From NCBI RefSeq assembly GCF_009914755.1, contig NC_060925.1: a stretch of DNA of 64,000 nt; one strand, given 5' to 3'. The translations under genes were made by a program, and so were the position numbers. The DNA is from the human T2T-CHM13v2.0 reference genome, Homo sapiens. Below the pieces are notes generated by a model that was not told the DNA's origin, searched no databases, and saw only the letters and a list, made by a program, of their open reading frames with translations. Of this stretch, positions 1 through 15,214 are shown in pieces; positions within the stretch are counted from its first letter, which is position 1, and each line of letters opens with the position of its first letter.

Positions 1-92
1 GCCCTCGCACGGGCCTCCCCTCAAGTCACCCCATGGTCTCATCATTACTACAGCACTGAATTGATTACTGTGCTTATCTGTAAAGTATTTAG

Positions 93-425
<333 letters not shown>

Positions 426-2587
426 CAATTTATTCTTTCTTTTTAGAATTTTTTCCTAACAGTCAAGAAGGACATATAATTATTGTGGCTGTTATATCTA
501 CAGTCTAGTATTAAGCCTTCCTAAATTTAAATAACAGATTTTATTACTTTTAAAAGTTGATACAACTTTATTTATTATTTTATCTATCATTAGCTAAAAG
601 CCAAAAACTTTTCTTTATGGAATGCCATAGTAAATTATTGGGTTTTTCCAAATAAAAACCAACGTTTATTCCTAAAAACAAATTAGGCTCTGAAGAGCAA
701 TTTTTCAAAATATTTTTATAATATTTATACTTTATAAAGTTTTCAGAAACTTTTTAAAAAGTTTCTTTAAAAAGTTTCTATACTCTTAAAAAGACTGAAA
801 TGAAAATGAACACTTCAATCTTCCAATTTTACTTTATGCAACTGCAAAATCATGGTATAACAGTTGCCTAAATGGTGTTGTGTCTACTTAGATGTCTCAA
901 TTCTCAAAAAAAAAAAGAGTCTAATATATTATCCTCATTTCATTACTTATATAGTGACTTTAAATTTTACAGTATTTACTGTATTTACCACTACAAGGCT
1001 GGCTTTTTTATTAAAACTGGGAAGTCACTGGATCTAAAAACAAACAAGTCGAAACAGTCAGTAGATAAGCAATGTAATGAGGATTAGATTTCACCTAAGT
1101 GACGAACACACATATTTACATAAAGGATGTTATTTAAAATTCTATGCAGAGGAATGTTTCCAATTTTGTATGCTAATGTAAAATAGGAAGTAATATTCTT
1201 TTACAAGTTCAGTTCCACTGGAATCAGATCAAAATCAGATGAGCTCAAGGTCACATAATAAATAGCAAAGGCCAAATTATCTCATAAAATTGTTGAAGCA
1301 TTTATGTTAAACCCATCCCTGCATGAGGACCAAAGCAGCACAGAAATCAGGAAAAAGTTCTACTTTTCAACTCAAGAACACTATTACTGATGCACTGACA
1401 CACATGGAAATGACTTCAGGGCATTGGCATAGAAGCAACACTAACTTATAAGCTTTAAAAATCAAGAGTTTCCAATGCAGACCGACATCTATTAAACCCT
1501 GTCATTGTGCTCAGTTAGAAACCTTGATACTTCTGTAAAGGAAAATCAAACCACAGGGAATAAACATTCCAATAAACACTTTGAAACACCGAGGATTATG
1601 GAAATATTTCCCAGGTTTGTAACCTGATGGTGAAACCAAGACAACAGGAAAGGTATAAGAGCTTTATATCAAAAAGTCATTCTGGAGTTAAAATACCCTT
1701 TATATGTAGATTTGAAAATCATATTAAATGAGCTTATCAAAACAGTGATTCTAATAAAATCCAAGCCCCTGAGTCCCCATTTGTTGCCTGCTTCTATAAA
1801 CAGAATCATATTCCATGCTCTGCTGCTTCATACTGGAGCTCATGAGCTGTCTAAAAAAAAAAAAAAGATTGCCAAGAGTTAATGAACTCAAGAAAACCAA
1901 AAAGTCTGTACATGAATAGCTACCACTTTGTAGATTTGTCAAAGGACATTTACTGGCTTAAAAATACTGCATTTTTGCATATCTAGAAGGTCCTGCAAGG
2001 AACAGGTAAAAACTTATTAGCATATACAGAGAAAAATGGTTCTCAAGTGATATTTAGCTCAGGTGCAACGTGAAGAATGAAAAGTAGTAGAGCAACATCT
2101 GTGTAGGCTTGAAGAAAAGCTTCATCACTATTCTGAAATACTGGATATGAAAAAGTATTATTGAGATAAAAATGTATTTCATACTGCAAGAAATTTTATC
2201 ACTACACTTGCCAACAAAAGAAAAAAACAAACAAAAAAGAAAAGAGTAATTAGATTTAGAAGAATAATCATGTGTGTGATACATAATTTAAAGAGAATAA
2301 TTTATGCAAATTATGATTTGTGATGAAAAAAGGATTTTCAGTCAATTGGAGAAGAAGCAATAACTATTCTTTGGACATTTGCTATCACCTACTTTTACAG
2401 TGTCTCGATGACACTGGCTATCGAGAATTTGATGAAATCAACAGAAAACTCAAACAGAGACTGCGTGCATCAATTTCAAACATAAACTCTAATATAGAAA
2501 AGTTTTGTCCAGAAAAGTAGGATCAAGTTTCTTATTAGAACTTTTGAAAACAATTTTAGCATTTAACATCGAATCTTCGTATTTTCT

Positions 2588-2631
2588 TTCTTTTTTTCAG
2601 AGACAGGTTCTTGCTCTCTAGCTGGAGTATA
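2588..2631 (-). mobile_element. Severely 5'-truncated Alu
   Basis: T-tract + gagacagg..ttgctct..gctggagt flanked by TSD GAATCTTCG(T/A)ATTTTCT. Confidence 0.7.
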
Positions 2632-3929
2632 GAATCTTCGAATTTTCTATTCCTTATCAGTCATATGATACAAAGAAAATGTGACAGATTTTCACAAAGC
2701 TTTATCTGGATGCCTCTAAATTATTCTTGTTTACCCATGTGCCATGCAGATATTATTTCCACATCTGCCATGATGTGGAAAGAGCTGGGAAGCACTGAGA
2801 TAAAGGGTAAGGAGAGAGAAATCACTGAGGAAAGCACCAGCAGGAAAGCCAAGGGCATTCTTGCTGCTAATAAAAATATGTTACAAATGACCACCCAGTT
2901 CATTCTTCTGCATCTGAACTTTCCACTGCCTTCATCCCTGCCCCATCAATAGTCTGAACTGCGAGCAAAGCAGTCCAATCTTATAATCCACACATTCTCA
3001 AAGACAGATTTCCCAGCTGAAAGCAACCCATTGTATCAGAGATTGATGAAAATACGATATCACATTTCAATACATTATCTTCTTTGCACAAAAAGAAAAA
3101 TGCTAATATACTTTCTGAACACAATTGCAAGAGAAATGTCTTACAACTATAAATGGACAAAACAAAGGCATATTATAGAGCCATTAAAAATAAGATTGTA
3201 GAAAAATACTGATAAACATTTACAGCATAGAATTAAGTGAAAAAGTAATACAAAACAGTACATATATTCAGATTATAAAACAAATGCATACTTTGAAAAG
3301 GCATAAATAAAAAATTTAAACAATGTTAAAGTGGCAGAATTCGGAAATTTTTTATTATTTAAAATATTTTCTTTAAGAGTATTATATTGTCTTCAACCAC
3401 AATGGTAATAACATTTTCAAAAAGTTGAATAAAATAATACATCTGCAAATTCCTATTTTCTGCTGGATTCTACACTCCAGCCTGGTTGCCTTAAATTAAC
3501 TGATATTTGCTCCTATAAACGTATCAAAACCTCCCTTTCAAACCAGGGTCAGGTGTTAACTGTGTAAAAGTGTTTGCTTACCTTTTATAACATTGCCAAT
3601 ACTTAACAGAAAGGTGGTTTTTTAAACTATTTATAATCTACCCTTTGTACTTTAAATTCTACTGAAGAATAGTGTTCCACATGACCACCCAAATATACCA
3701 CTCCTTGGATCCAAAGACCTCAAAGTAATAACTAAAAATATCTCATCAATTGTTTGAGAATGAAGATATTATCAGTATAATTAACCTTATTTTTAAAGAG
3801 AAAACAAAAGCAGAGCTAAAATTCCAAAATGAATCATTTAAATTAAGTCTGCCTGCTAGACTGGAAGGCATTTGTTGGCACTTGCTACGGTTAACACAGA
3901 TGAATATACCAGAATGGTACTTTGACTAG

Positions 3930-4130
3930 CCAAAATTTACTAAGCACTTACTATGTGCCAGGCACTGGGTACTAAGTACTTTAATAGGACATTTCATTTA
4001 AACCAAAAAAGAATTTTTTTGGAGGTAGTTATTATTATCTCCATAACTCAGGAGTTTAAATAACTTGGTAGCAAGAAGCAAAGTGGATTAGAATTAAGGC
4101 ATCTCTAGCTCTAAAATCCATGTCTTCTTC
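3930..4130 (-). mobile_element. MIR remnant
   Basis: ttactaagcacttactatgtgccaggcact...attattatctcc MIR-type core. Confidence 0.55.
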
Positions 4131-4811
4131 ACTGGAAAGACACATCAACAATCAATAAATGGTTAGGCACCAACAGTGCATACAGTTGAATAATGATACA
4201 AGATACAAGGCCAATGATGCTGGGCAGCTACCAGCCTTCTTTGCAACTCTTATACATGCAGTGCTTAAATGCTTTATCTTAACTAGACTTTAGTGCAGCC
4301 ACCAATCAGTAAAGACCCAATACTTCACTGAGGAGTCTCATAATTATACTTTAAGGTGAGAAACATACCTATGAGTAGAAATTAAGTTAATCATGAAGAT
4401 CAACTCCTGTGTGAAATTAAGCTGGAATTTCAAGAATTTCCAGTGTCTGTATCTCATGGGAGATATTGTGGTAGAGAGGAAAGTGAACTGAAGCTAATGT
4501 TTTTTTAAAGCTTGCATTTGAATCCCATCTCTGCAATTTGATGGTCGGGAGACTATGAGTAAATTGCTTGACCTGATTAGATTCCCTTTTCTCATTTAAA
4601 ATGAAGTTTTCTTTAAAATCTTTCATTTAAAAGATTAAATGAAAGCATGTCACAAGGCCTGGCAGCAAGAAAGTGCTCAGTCCATACCAATTTCTTTCAC
4701 TTTCTTGTATAATTTAAAAACATGTCGTATTACAGCACTTCAGCTGTTCATTAGTCCATATTTTTGTCATGACCATAAACTCAAAATTACATAAATAAGA
4801 AGAAAATTTAC

Positions 4812-4882
4812 CTGAAGCATTGTTGAAAAATGCCGTATTGCTTCATCATACAGACCACTGCCAATCAAGACATAAGCAATAG
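4812..4882 (-). CDS. TTC13: TTC13 coding exon 4 (AIAYVLIGSGLYDEAIRHFSTMLQ; start of first TPR)
   Basis: Acceptor tttcatag|CT, donor CAG|gtaaat; 71 nt; cumulative 513 nt (phase 0); TPR-like G-x-Y-D-E-A-I pattern; I did not find the next exon in the window. Confidence 0.95.
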
Positions 4883-5860
4883 CTATGAAACAAAATACAA
4901 AAATATTAAAGGAAAGAATAAAGTAGTTCTAACTAGAATCAATAACTAAATGCTTTGGTAAATCTCCAAAGGCAGCTCCAAGCACTGGAAGCAGTTAAAG
5001 AAAACCTAGAAGTTAATAAGGTGTCACTGAATTCTTCTACTTTCACCACTCCACACTTGCTAATCAGCCTTCCAGTTCCATCTAGATTTAAATTGTTAAA
5101 GTCATCTATAAAATATCTGCCTACAAGAGATACTGATCTTTTTCTAAGGCCATCATTCATTTTCAAATCCCAAATAATCTTTGTGATGTCTCCTAGCTAT
5201 CACAAAAGCTAGTAATAAGCCTAAATAATGTCCACATAACATGGCAATGTGATTTTTTACTGTGAATGTTATGAGAAATACCCAAATAGCATCACAAATC
5301 TCAATTCCTGGGAGTGCTGAATTTACTGCCAATTACCTAATAAGAACAAAAACAGGGACTCAAATGTATTAACATAATGCTTAACTGTGGATAATACAAA
5401 CCACTATAACGCAATGACAGTCTTTTTCCTACTTCTTCCATTCAAAATATAGTCAAAACGCTACTCAAAATATACACTAAAGATGAACCACTTTGTATCA
5501 CGTTGTTTAGGAAAGTGGTATTTTGAAATTAGAGCCAGGACAATCTCTGAAAACACAGCAATATTCTGACTAAATTCTCCCACCCATCCAAAAACCAGTG
5601 TTTGAATATGCTAGATTACATTGCCATCTATAAAATTTGCCCTGACTGCTTGACCCTTAGCCCCGCCAAAATCCCTGAAAAACATTTTATTCCTCACTCA
5701 ACATCACTATTTTGATAACATTTATTTGCAAAAAAGCTCTTCTGTAAAGCTTTACTGCAATATCCTTTAGGACCTAACAGGTGTTCAAGAAGATAGGCAA
5801 TGAAAACTTTTACTGTCATTAAGAGCTTATACTTTCTGACAGTTAAAAGCAGTAAAAATA

Positions 5861-6164
5861 GGCCAGGCGTGGTGGCTTACACCTGTAATCCCAGCACTTT
5901 GGGAGGCTGAGGCAGGCAGATCACAAGGTCAGGAGATCGAGACCATCCTGGCTAACACGGTGAAACCCCGTCTCTACTAAATATACAAAAAAAAAAAAAA
6001 TTAGCTGGGCGTGGTGGCGGGTGCCTGTAGTCCCAGCTACTCAGGAGGCTGAGGCAGGAGAATGGCATGAACCCAGGAGGCGGAGCTTGCAGTGAGCCGA
6101 GATGGCGCCACTGCACTCCAGCCTGGGCGACAGAGAGAGACTCCATCTCAAAAAAAAAAAAAAA
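5861..6164 (+). mobile_element. AluY-like SINE
   Basis: Full dimer with poly-A; TSD-like AAAAG(C/G)AGTAAAAA. Confidence 0.95.
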
Positions 6165-6479
6165 GGAGTAAAAAATTAAAGCAGAAACAGAAACGAAATG
6201 CAGGAAGAGTTTAAAATACATTCATAAATCAATAAAATAAAGTTCAAATTGAACACCATAATAATATAAGCACTTCTGGGGGCATTCTTCAAAATAAAAA
6301 GAGAGCCCTTTTGCCCTACTTTCTTTGGAAAGATAAATTAAGCCCAAATTCATGCTCAGAATGCTGACAATAGATACCGTTCAGTTAGCTAACCTCCAGG
6401 TAACGAGAGGATACCTTTAGTTTTGGTGGGGGTGGTGGAGGCAGTAATATTAGTAGTAAAAACAGCAGCAAGAATCACA

Positions 6480-6710
6480 GTGGCTACAGGCATTGCATTC
6501 TTAATATGTGCCAGGCACAGTAATATCCTTTACCAGTATTAACTCATTTGCTCCTCCACTGCAATGAGGTAGGTACAATTATTAACCCCATTTTGCAGAC
6601 AAGGAAATAAAGTAGAAAGTGGTTAAACTAGCTGTCCAAGGACCATAAGCAGTGAGTGAGAGGAAGGCAGCAAGCTGCCTGGCTCCAGAGCCTAACCTCC
6701 CAGGCAGCCC
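6480..6710 (-). mobile_element. MIR remnant
   Basis: tatgtgccaggcac...attaaccccattttgcagacaaggaaa...tccaagg core. Confidence 0.65.
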
Positions 6711-7671
6711 GGTACGCTGAGAAAATTCAAGTCAGTTCCCAAACCACTGTGCACTGGAGGGATGGCCAAGGGGCTGAAATTCCTTAATGGTCAGATGAAC
6801 ATGGATAAAAACATAAACTTGTACTTTTTTGAATGCAGGAAGATGACGATTTGATCAGAAAGCCAAGATGTGAGCTCGGATTCTGGCTCTGCCACTCACC
6901 AGCCGTGTGATCGTGGGGACCTCAGTCACTTCTCATAACTGTCTGGTCTTGCTTAATAAGCCTGTAGAAAATTTTCTTAAAGTTTCCTTTCAAATCTAAA
7001 TTTTTATTTCCTATTTATTATCCCATAATCAGTAAATATCTGTTGAATGAACAAATCAATCAATGAGCCATAAAAACAAATATGATTTTTAGAGATAAAT
7101 TTTGTACTTTAGGAACATATTTAGATGGCTGTCCACATCTAAGTGATTGAATTCCACTTAAAATCAAATGCAGTTTTCAAATCCCTCCACCTAAAGCTCA
7201 ACATTTTGTGAAAAAAACGCAGAAGTATCCATTCATAAAAGAATAATCATAACCCAAATCTTGTGCAAATACAAATATTAGGATCTAAATTTTGTTGTAG
7301 GAGTCTAAAGACTTAAAGGAAAAGCTGGTATAACTGGACTTCTCTCAGAAATCTCTACTCACCAGCAACCCCACATCTCCGAGCAATGTATATGTTCACA
7401 GATGTCATTTTTTTCAAGAAAAAATACTGGATACAAAAGATCATAGGCCAGCTCAGGGCCTACACTACCCCAGGGTCTACTAGGATTATTCTTGGAGAAC
7501 AAAACAGACCTGGCATATCAGGCTCTGAACTCATTATTCAATAAATAAATACTACTCTAAGTAGAATCCAAGGACTTCAGAAAAGACCAGATCTGATGCC
7601 TTAAAGGGCAGTCCTCAAAGCCTCCTCAAAGAATATCACCATAAAGTAATTAGCATTTTCAAAATAGCACC

Positions 7672-7913
7672 CTGGGAGGCCAAGGCAGGAGGATTCCTAG
7701 AGCCCAAGAGTTTGATACCAGCCTGGGCAACATGGTGAGTACTGGTCTCTACAAAACAATTTTAAAAAATTAGCCAGGCACGGTGGTGTGCACCTGTAAT
7801 CCTACCTACTCAGGAGTCCTAGGGAAGAAGATCATTCGAGCCTAGTTTAAGGCTGTAGTGAGCTATGATTGTGCCACTGCACTCCAGCCTGGGCCACAGA
7901 GCAAGACCCTGCA
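7672..7913 (+). mobile_element. AluJ, partial
   Basis: Diverged Alu dimer lacking its 5' end. Confidence 0.85.
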
Positions 7914-8702
7914 CTAACAGGAAAGAAGCCAATATAAGGAGCACTTAGTCTTAATATCAAACGTGTATGACCATGGTAAGGATAAAATAATTATGCATAA
8001 ATTAGATAGAGAAGAATTCCTGCAGGTGCTTTGGTGACTGGGCCCCATGCGAAAACATGTGCTTCAATAGTTTGCCCAGTTGCACTGCTCAGCCCTGTAT
8101 TCAATTTTGTCTCCACTTCTTCAAATGTAAACTCACTAGACAGCGAGGGAAACACACCCAGTGCATATCTGACACTGACAAAACCAGCCTGTTTTAAAAC
8201 ATGCAATGAACACACCAAACTATGTGACTCGTGCAGGTACGAATGAATTCAATTTTTCTACACCCACATTCTTAGGCCCAAAAATAACTCACTAGCCTCA
8301 TGAGTAAAATAACTTAAAGTTTAAGTTAAAATAACTTAAACATAGCTATTTCACTATACAGAAAAGTAGGTAGTCTGCTTTCACTTCTTCATTGCTCACA
8401 TCTGATGACAGCACACAAATAACCTTTTACTGAATCGAAACAGCTCATAAGAGCTCATTACCATAATTATTAATTTCCATAGAAATGGAGAGCTGGAAAA
8501 GATTATTCCATCCAAACCTTTTTTTTTTCTCTTGACATATAATAAATGGAATGTCACAAGGGCTGAATGCTCCATGCAAGATCAAACAGCTCAAATTGGC
8601 AAAGCCAGTCTCTCTACTCCTTACCATCCTGTCTTCCTGCTATGCATCTAACCAAAACTTTGAGGCAAATATTACAGGAATATTACCAGATTCAAGTCTT
8701 AC

Positions 8703-8778
8703 CTAACTCTTCATTTGTGCTGTCATTATCAGTGGCAAACGGGAATCTCTTCTGTTCTGCAATAGACTTGGCCTGGCT
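8703..8778 (-). CDS. TTC13: TTC13 coding exon 3 (SQAKSIAEQKRFPFATDNDSTNEEL)
   Basis: Long U-tract + cccag| acceptor, donor TAG|gtaaga; 76 nt; cumulative 442 nt. Confidence 0.95.
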
Positions 8779-9186
8779 CTGGGAAAAAAAAAAAAAAAAC
8801 CCATACATTTTAGCTATCACAAATGAAAGAAAACTTGTATTAAAATCTGTATTTTAAAAAATTAAAATTAAGGCTACATTTGATTTAAGTGGAAGCAAGA
8901 AAATGCCACTATTGTGGGAATGTTTTACACTTTATGGCTTTCAGTAGAACCTTGATGACGAGAGGGAAACTCTTATCAGCTCCTTCTAGTTTTGCTATGC
9001 AGCTGGGAGCTTCCACACCTGGAACCTGGTAAAGCTTCAAGATGTGGCAGATTTAACAATGCGTAAGGGTGTTACTGATGATATACAGCTGGGTGTGACC
9101 AGAACATGAGCCCTTCCTCTTTGTCAAATGTTTACAGACAAGTTCACAGATGCAAAAGATTTTTCTCCTTAATAAATTGCTTAGAT

Positions 9187-9490
9187 AGACGGGGCATGGT
9201 GGCTCACGCCTTTAATTCCAGCACTTTGGGAGACCAAGGTAGGAAGATCACTTGAGCTCCGGAATTTCGAGATCAGCCTAGGCAACACAGTGAGACTTCA
9301 TCTCTACTAAAGTTCAAAAAAATTAGCTGGACATGGTGATGTACACTGATAGCCCCAGCTACTTGGTTGGGGCTGAGGCAGGAGGATGGCTTGAGCCCGG
9401 GAGGTCGAGGCTGCAGGGAGCCCTGATTGTGCCACTGTACCCCCAGCCTGGGCAAAACAGTGAGACTCTGTCTCAAAAATAAATAAATAA
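9187..9490 (+). mobile_element. AluJ
   Basis: Diverged dimer; TSD AAATTGCTTAGAT. Confidence 0.92.
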
Positions 9491-9864
9491 TTGCTTAGAT
9501 GGCTTGATTGTGGCAACCATTTCACAACATATATGTATATAAAATCACATTGTACATTGTAAATATATAATTTTTATTTGTCAATTACACCTCAGTGAAG
9601 CTGGGAAAAAAAGCAAGTAAATTGCTTAGAGGCAAGAAAAAGAGTCTGTAAATATTGCTTTATTTCATATTTGAGGAGAGTCTACCATTTGCCAAGCCTT
9701 TCTGCAAAAAGATATAGGGACGAGGACAGAAATGAAATTCTACAAAAAGAAGAAATCATTTACTAAGCAACCTCAAGAGTACACTGAAGAATATATCTGA
9801 TTTTAAGTTGTTTGTATTCACTAGAAAGTGGGCAGGAGAAGTACAGTACAAACAAATCAAATTC

Positions 9865-10178
<314 letters not shown>

Positions 10179-10329
10179 TGATGAAAAAGACCCTTTCCTA
10201 TTTCTAATACTGCATCTATAGTATCTCCTCTGGACAGAGTTGAGAAGCTATGCTCAAGTAAGTTTGAACACACAGCTCAACATCACTAGTAGACTAATTT
10301 CAATCCAACTTTCTCATCCCTGCTTACAC

Positions 10330-10660
10330 TTCAGTTCCTGAAAGCTGTATTGCCTGATACCCCTAAATAAAGGGAGTTTATGTTGACCCTTTGCTATTCC
10401 TTCATATGATGTGTACAATCACACTTTTATGTTTATTTGCATAATGATTTGGTTGATGAGTATAAAAGTCATGGTGCAGAGACCAACGCTATCTGGCTTG
10501 CTGCTGTATTCCTAACACTCACCTAGTACAATGCCTGGTACATAATGCAGAGACCAACACTATCTGGCTTATTGCTGTATTCCTAATAATCACCTAGTGC
10601 AATGCCTGGCATGTAATAGGTGCCAAATAAATATCTGGAGAATGGATCAATAAATGAATA
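10330..10660 (+). mobile_element. L2 3' end with internal 71-bp tandem duplication
   Basis: gctgtattcct..cacctagt.caatgcctggca..aataaatat...aatgaat L2 tail. Confidence 0.65.
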
Positions 10661-11687
10661 GTCTAAGTCCCATATTTCAACCTTGGGAAGAGGAAAGGCC
10701 AAGACTAACGAGCTTTCTCCCATAGGTCACTAGCTAGCACTAGCTTAAACTGGAAATGCAACTAGTAGAACATATTTTAACTACTCTCAGTAAGAAGACT
10801 TTCATAACTCTAAGAATCTAACTGCCTATACAAGATGGGATTATCCAACTTCTACTTAAACACTTTCAGAGATGACCAACTCACTGCTTTACAAGACAGC
10901 CCCTTCTGATTTTGGGCAAGTCTAATTCGAGAGTTTTCCATATATCAAGTTGATTACTATGCAGCGAGTTAGGTAAAAGCAGACGATCATTCTCTAGTTT
11001 GCAGTTTCAATCCATCTTCAGTAGTTCTCACATGAAAAGGCAAGGCTTTGTTTGAAAAAAAAAAAAAAGAGTATCTTAAAAGGAAATTTTAAACCGAAGA
11101 TGCAAAGAGTATCTATGCAGATGTTGAAGGAAAAGGCCTGGAGAAAAAATACATTAAACTTGGACACGGAAAGAACAATCAGCTTCATAGAGTTAAGTGT
11201 GAACAAAAAGAAGACCCATCCCTCTTGAGGCAGCCAGGCTGGAGGAGGAGATGCACTAACATGGATAGGCAGACGCAAACATTAGCTACTGTCAAGTATT
11301 CACCCCTGAAATGGAGAGGTCCACGGTATAGTTTAGTTGGTACTGATAGAAAACATAGATACAAAAGATACCCACATATGCAAAGGTTGGAAAAATAAGA
11401 GTCTACTATACCTACAAATACACAAGGCTGCTAGAAATAAGGTTTAACTATAATGTCCCTTTATTTCTTGACACTTGCAAATTAAAAGTTCTATGTCCAG
11501 AATAATCAACCATCCAATTCATAAGTCATAATTCAATGTGGCAAAATACCAGACGACCTATCTTTATCCTATGCATGTAGACTCAACGAGGCCCAACTTC
11601 TAGTTGACAGAGGCGACTTCCACTTTTTGGAACTAGTATCACTGGGCTTCAGGTTACAAAAACAGAACACAGAGAGAAGATGCATAC

Positions 11688-11782
11688 CAGAATCTTCTCA
11701 GTGTTGAGGGAAAGCAAGGAGTCACAGGGTGATGATCCCTTGGGTTCGCAGTCTGAGTCATGGAAGTTCAAAAAGGATGACT
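11688..11782 (-). CDS. TTC13: TTC13 coding exon 2 (ESSFLNFHDSDCEPKGSSPCDSLLSLNTEKIL)
   Basis: Acceptor cctttcag|AG, donor CTG|gtatgc; 95 nt; cumulative 366 nt, in frame with exon 1. Confidence 0.95.
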
Positions 11783-11915
11783 CTGAAAGGCAAGCATTCT
11801 TTGTTATTCTCTACACCTTAATTTATGCTCTTAGGTGCTTAACTATGAATTAGAATTTTTAGACTCCACAGAACCAAAATAAGAACAGGTGTGAATAACA
11901 CTAAAAGTGGCAACC

Positions 11916-12060
11916 AGCTGGGCACAGTGCCTCACACCTGTAATCCCAGCAACTCAGGAGGCTCGCTTGAGGCAAGGAGTTCAAGACCAGCCTGGGCAAC
12001 AGCAAACCAACCAGGCTGGGTCTCAAACAGTGAGACCCTGTCTCTAGAAAACAAAAAATA
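11916..12060 (+). mobile_element. Alu monomer (FLAM-like)
   Basis: Single Alu arm, A-rich tail, TSD-like aaaagtggcaacc / gaagtagcaacc. Confidence 0.75.
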
Positions 12061-12343
12061 GAAGTAGCAACCTGTATCCTACCTTTATAATAGGGTAATG
12101 TTTTACGGTTTGCAAGTATCTTGCACAACCATTAGTGATGTTCCTCACCACCATTCTCAAATGAGCAAAGCCAGTGAGCTTCCTGGATGGTTAAATGAGG
12201 TTTAAATAGGTTGTAACTTATCTAAAGGCAACAGGGTAGAAAGAGTACTAGTACAATGCTTGTCTCAGGACACATGTGGAACTAATATTGTTGTTGAGAT
12301 CCTTCAGTCGAACAATCTATGGGGCAGCATTTACCATAGATTA

Positions 12344-13560
<1,217 letters not shown>

Positions 13561-13835
13561 ATTATTGCAAAAAAAGATATGTTCTAATTCAGCAGTCATT
13601 AAAGAGCATTAAATTATGTTCAAGGAACCATCTGAGGGAGAGAATAAATTATAATATCAAAATCAGTCTGTGTCCTCAAAGAACATATAATTTAGCTAAA
13701 TTCTCACGTGTTGTATATCTTAACAATAAGAAACAAGACATGATATGGTGAAGAAGCCCTGGGGTGGTGAACCATTACTGAAGCTGCAATGTTAAATTTC
13801 ACAAGGCATAAGCAGGGTTTAAAAGAATGGATGGA

Positions 13836-14117
13836 GGCTGGGTGCGGTGACTCACACCTGCAATCCCAGGACTTTGGGAGGCTGAGGCAGGCCAATCCCT
13901 TGAGCCCAGGAGTTTGAGACCAACCTGGGCATCGTGGCAAAACACCATCTCTACAAAAGAAAAAATTAGCTGGGTGTGGTAGTACATGCCTGTAGTCCCA
14001 GCTACCCAGAGGCTAAGGTGGGAAGATCACCTGAGTCCAGGAGGTGGAAGCTGCAGTGAACCATGATCATACCACTGCACTCCAGTCTGGATGACAGAGT
14101 AAGACCCTGTCTCAAAA

Positions 14118-14152
<35 letters not shown>

Positions 14153-14160
14153 AAGAAAAA
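13836..14160 (+). mobile_element. AluJ with (TAAA)n tail
   Basis: Dimer; TSD AAAAGAATGGATGGA. Confidence 0.93.
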
Positions 14161-15214
14161 AGAATGGATGGATTTAGACTGGGGCAGAGAAAGGGAAGGG
14201 GTATTCCGGATAGGACGATGAGTGGTACACGCAAAGGTACAAAGGCAAGGAAATGCAAAGGGCAGCGAGGAGACTCCTACTCCCTGGCTAGAGCAGGGAG
14301 TTTGTGTTGGAAAAGAAAAAGTATGAGTTTGGAAGGTGAGGAGTCAGACTGCAGAAAGTCTGATCTGAACCCCAACGAAAGGCTTTAGTCCCACAAAAAT
14401 GAAGATAGTAATGGTTCCTGGCAGATGGTTGGAGAATAATGACTCAATGAAAGATATTTTGGAAACATACACATTTATAACCTGTTTCTCCTGCCTTTTC
14501 TAAGCTAAGATTTGAGAACTTACTATATGCCAGGCACTGTGCTAAGCAATGTGTATACCTGGCCTTATTCTAACAATCCCTCTCCTTTGTGGAATCCATT
14601 TCAGTTTCAATAAATATACACCTACATAATTTTAAAAGGCTGCACTTAACCATACTTTTATCACTGGATACTTAGGATGTCCCTACTTTTTTCTTAATAC
14701 GAACAGTATTTCAGTAAGTATTCTTGACCTATATTTTTGAAAATGTACCCACTTACAATAGATTCCAACAAATAAAATTGCCAAGTCAAAGGGTGTGCAC
14801 AAGTTTAATATTTTTCATATATATTGCCCCAATTTCCTTCCTAGCATATAATAACAATTTCATTCCTACTAGAAGTTTGAGAAGGTCCATTTCCCTCCAG
14901 AGTACTGACATTCTTTTTAATCTTTCCCAATCTGAACATACCACTAATAAAGTTAAACTTTTGGTTTATTGGCCATTTGTATCTCCACTTTTGTAAATCA
15001 CTTATACCCTTTGCTCATTTTTAAGTCATCTAAACCTATCCTTGCAAAAGATATTGAAAAAAATTCCTAATTATCTATTTTCCAAATGGTTAGCCAGTTG
15101 TCCCAGCACCACTTGTTAAATTATCAATTTGAATGCCACCTTTATAATACATTATAGACATTAGGATCTGTTTCTATACTTGCTTTTAAAGGAAATCTTT
15201 AAGATTATTTAAAT

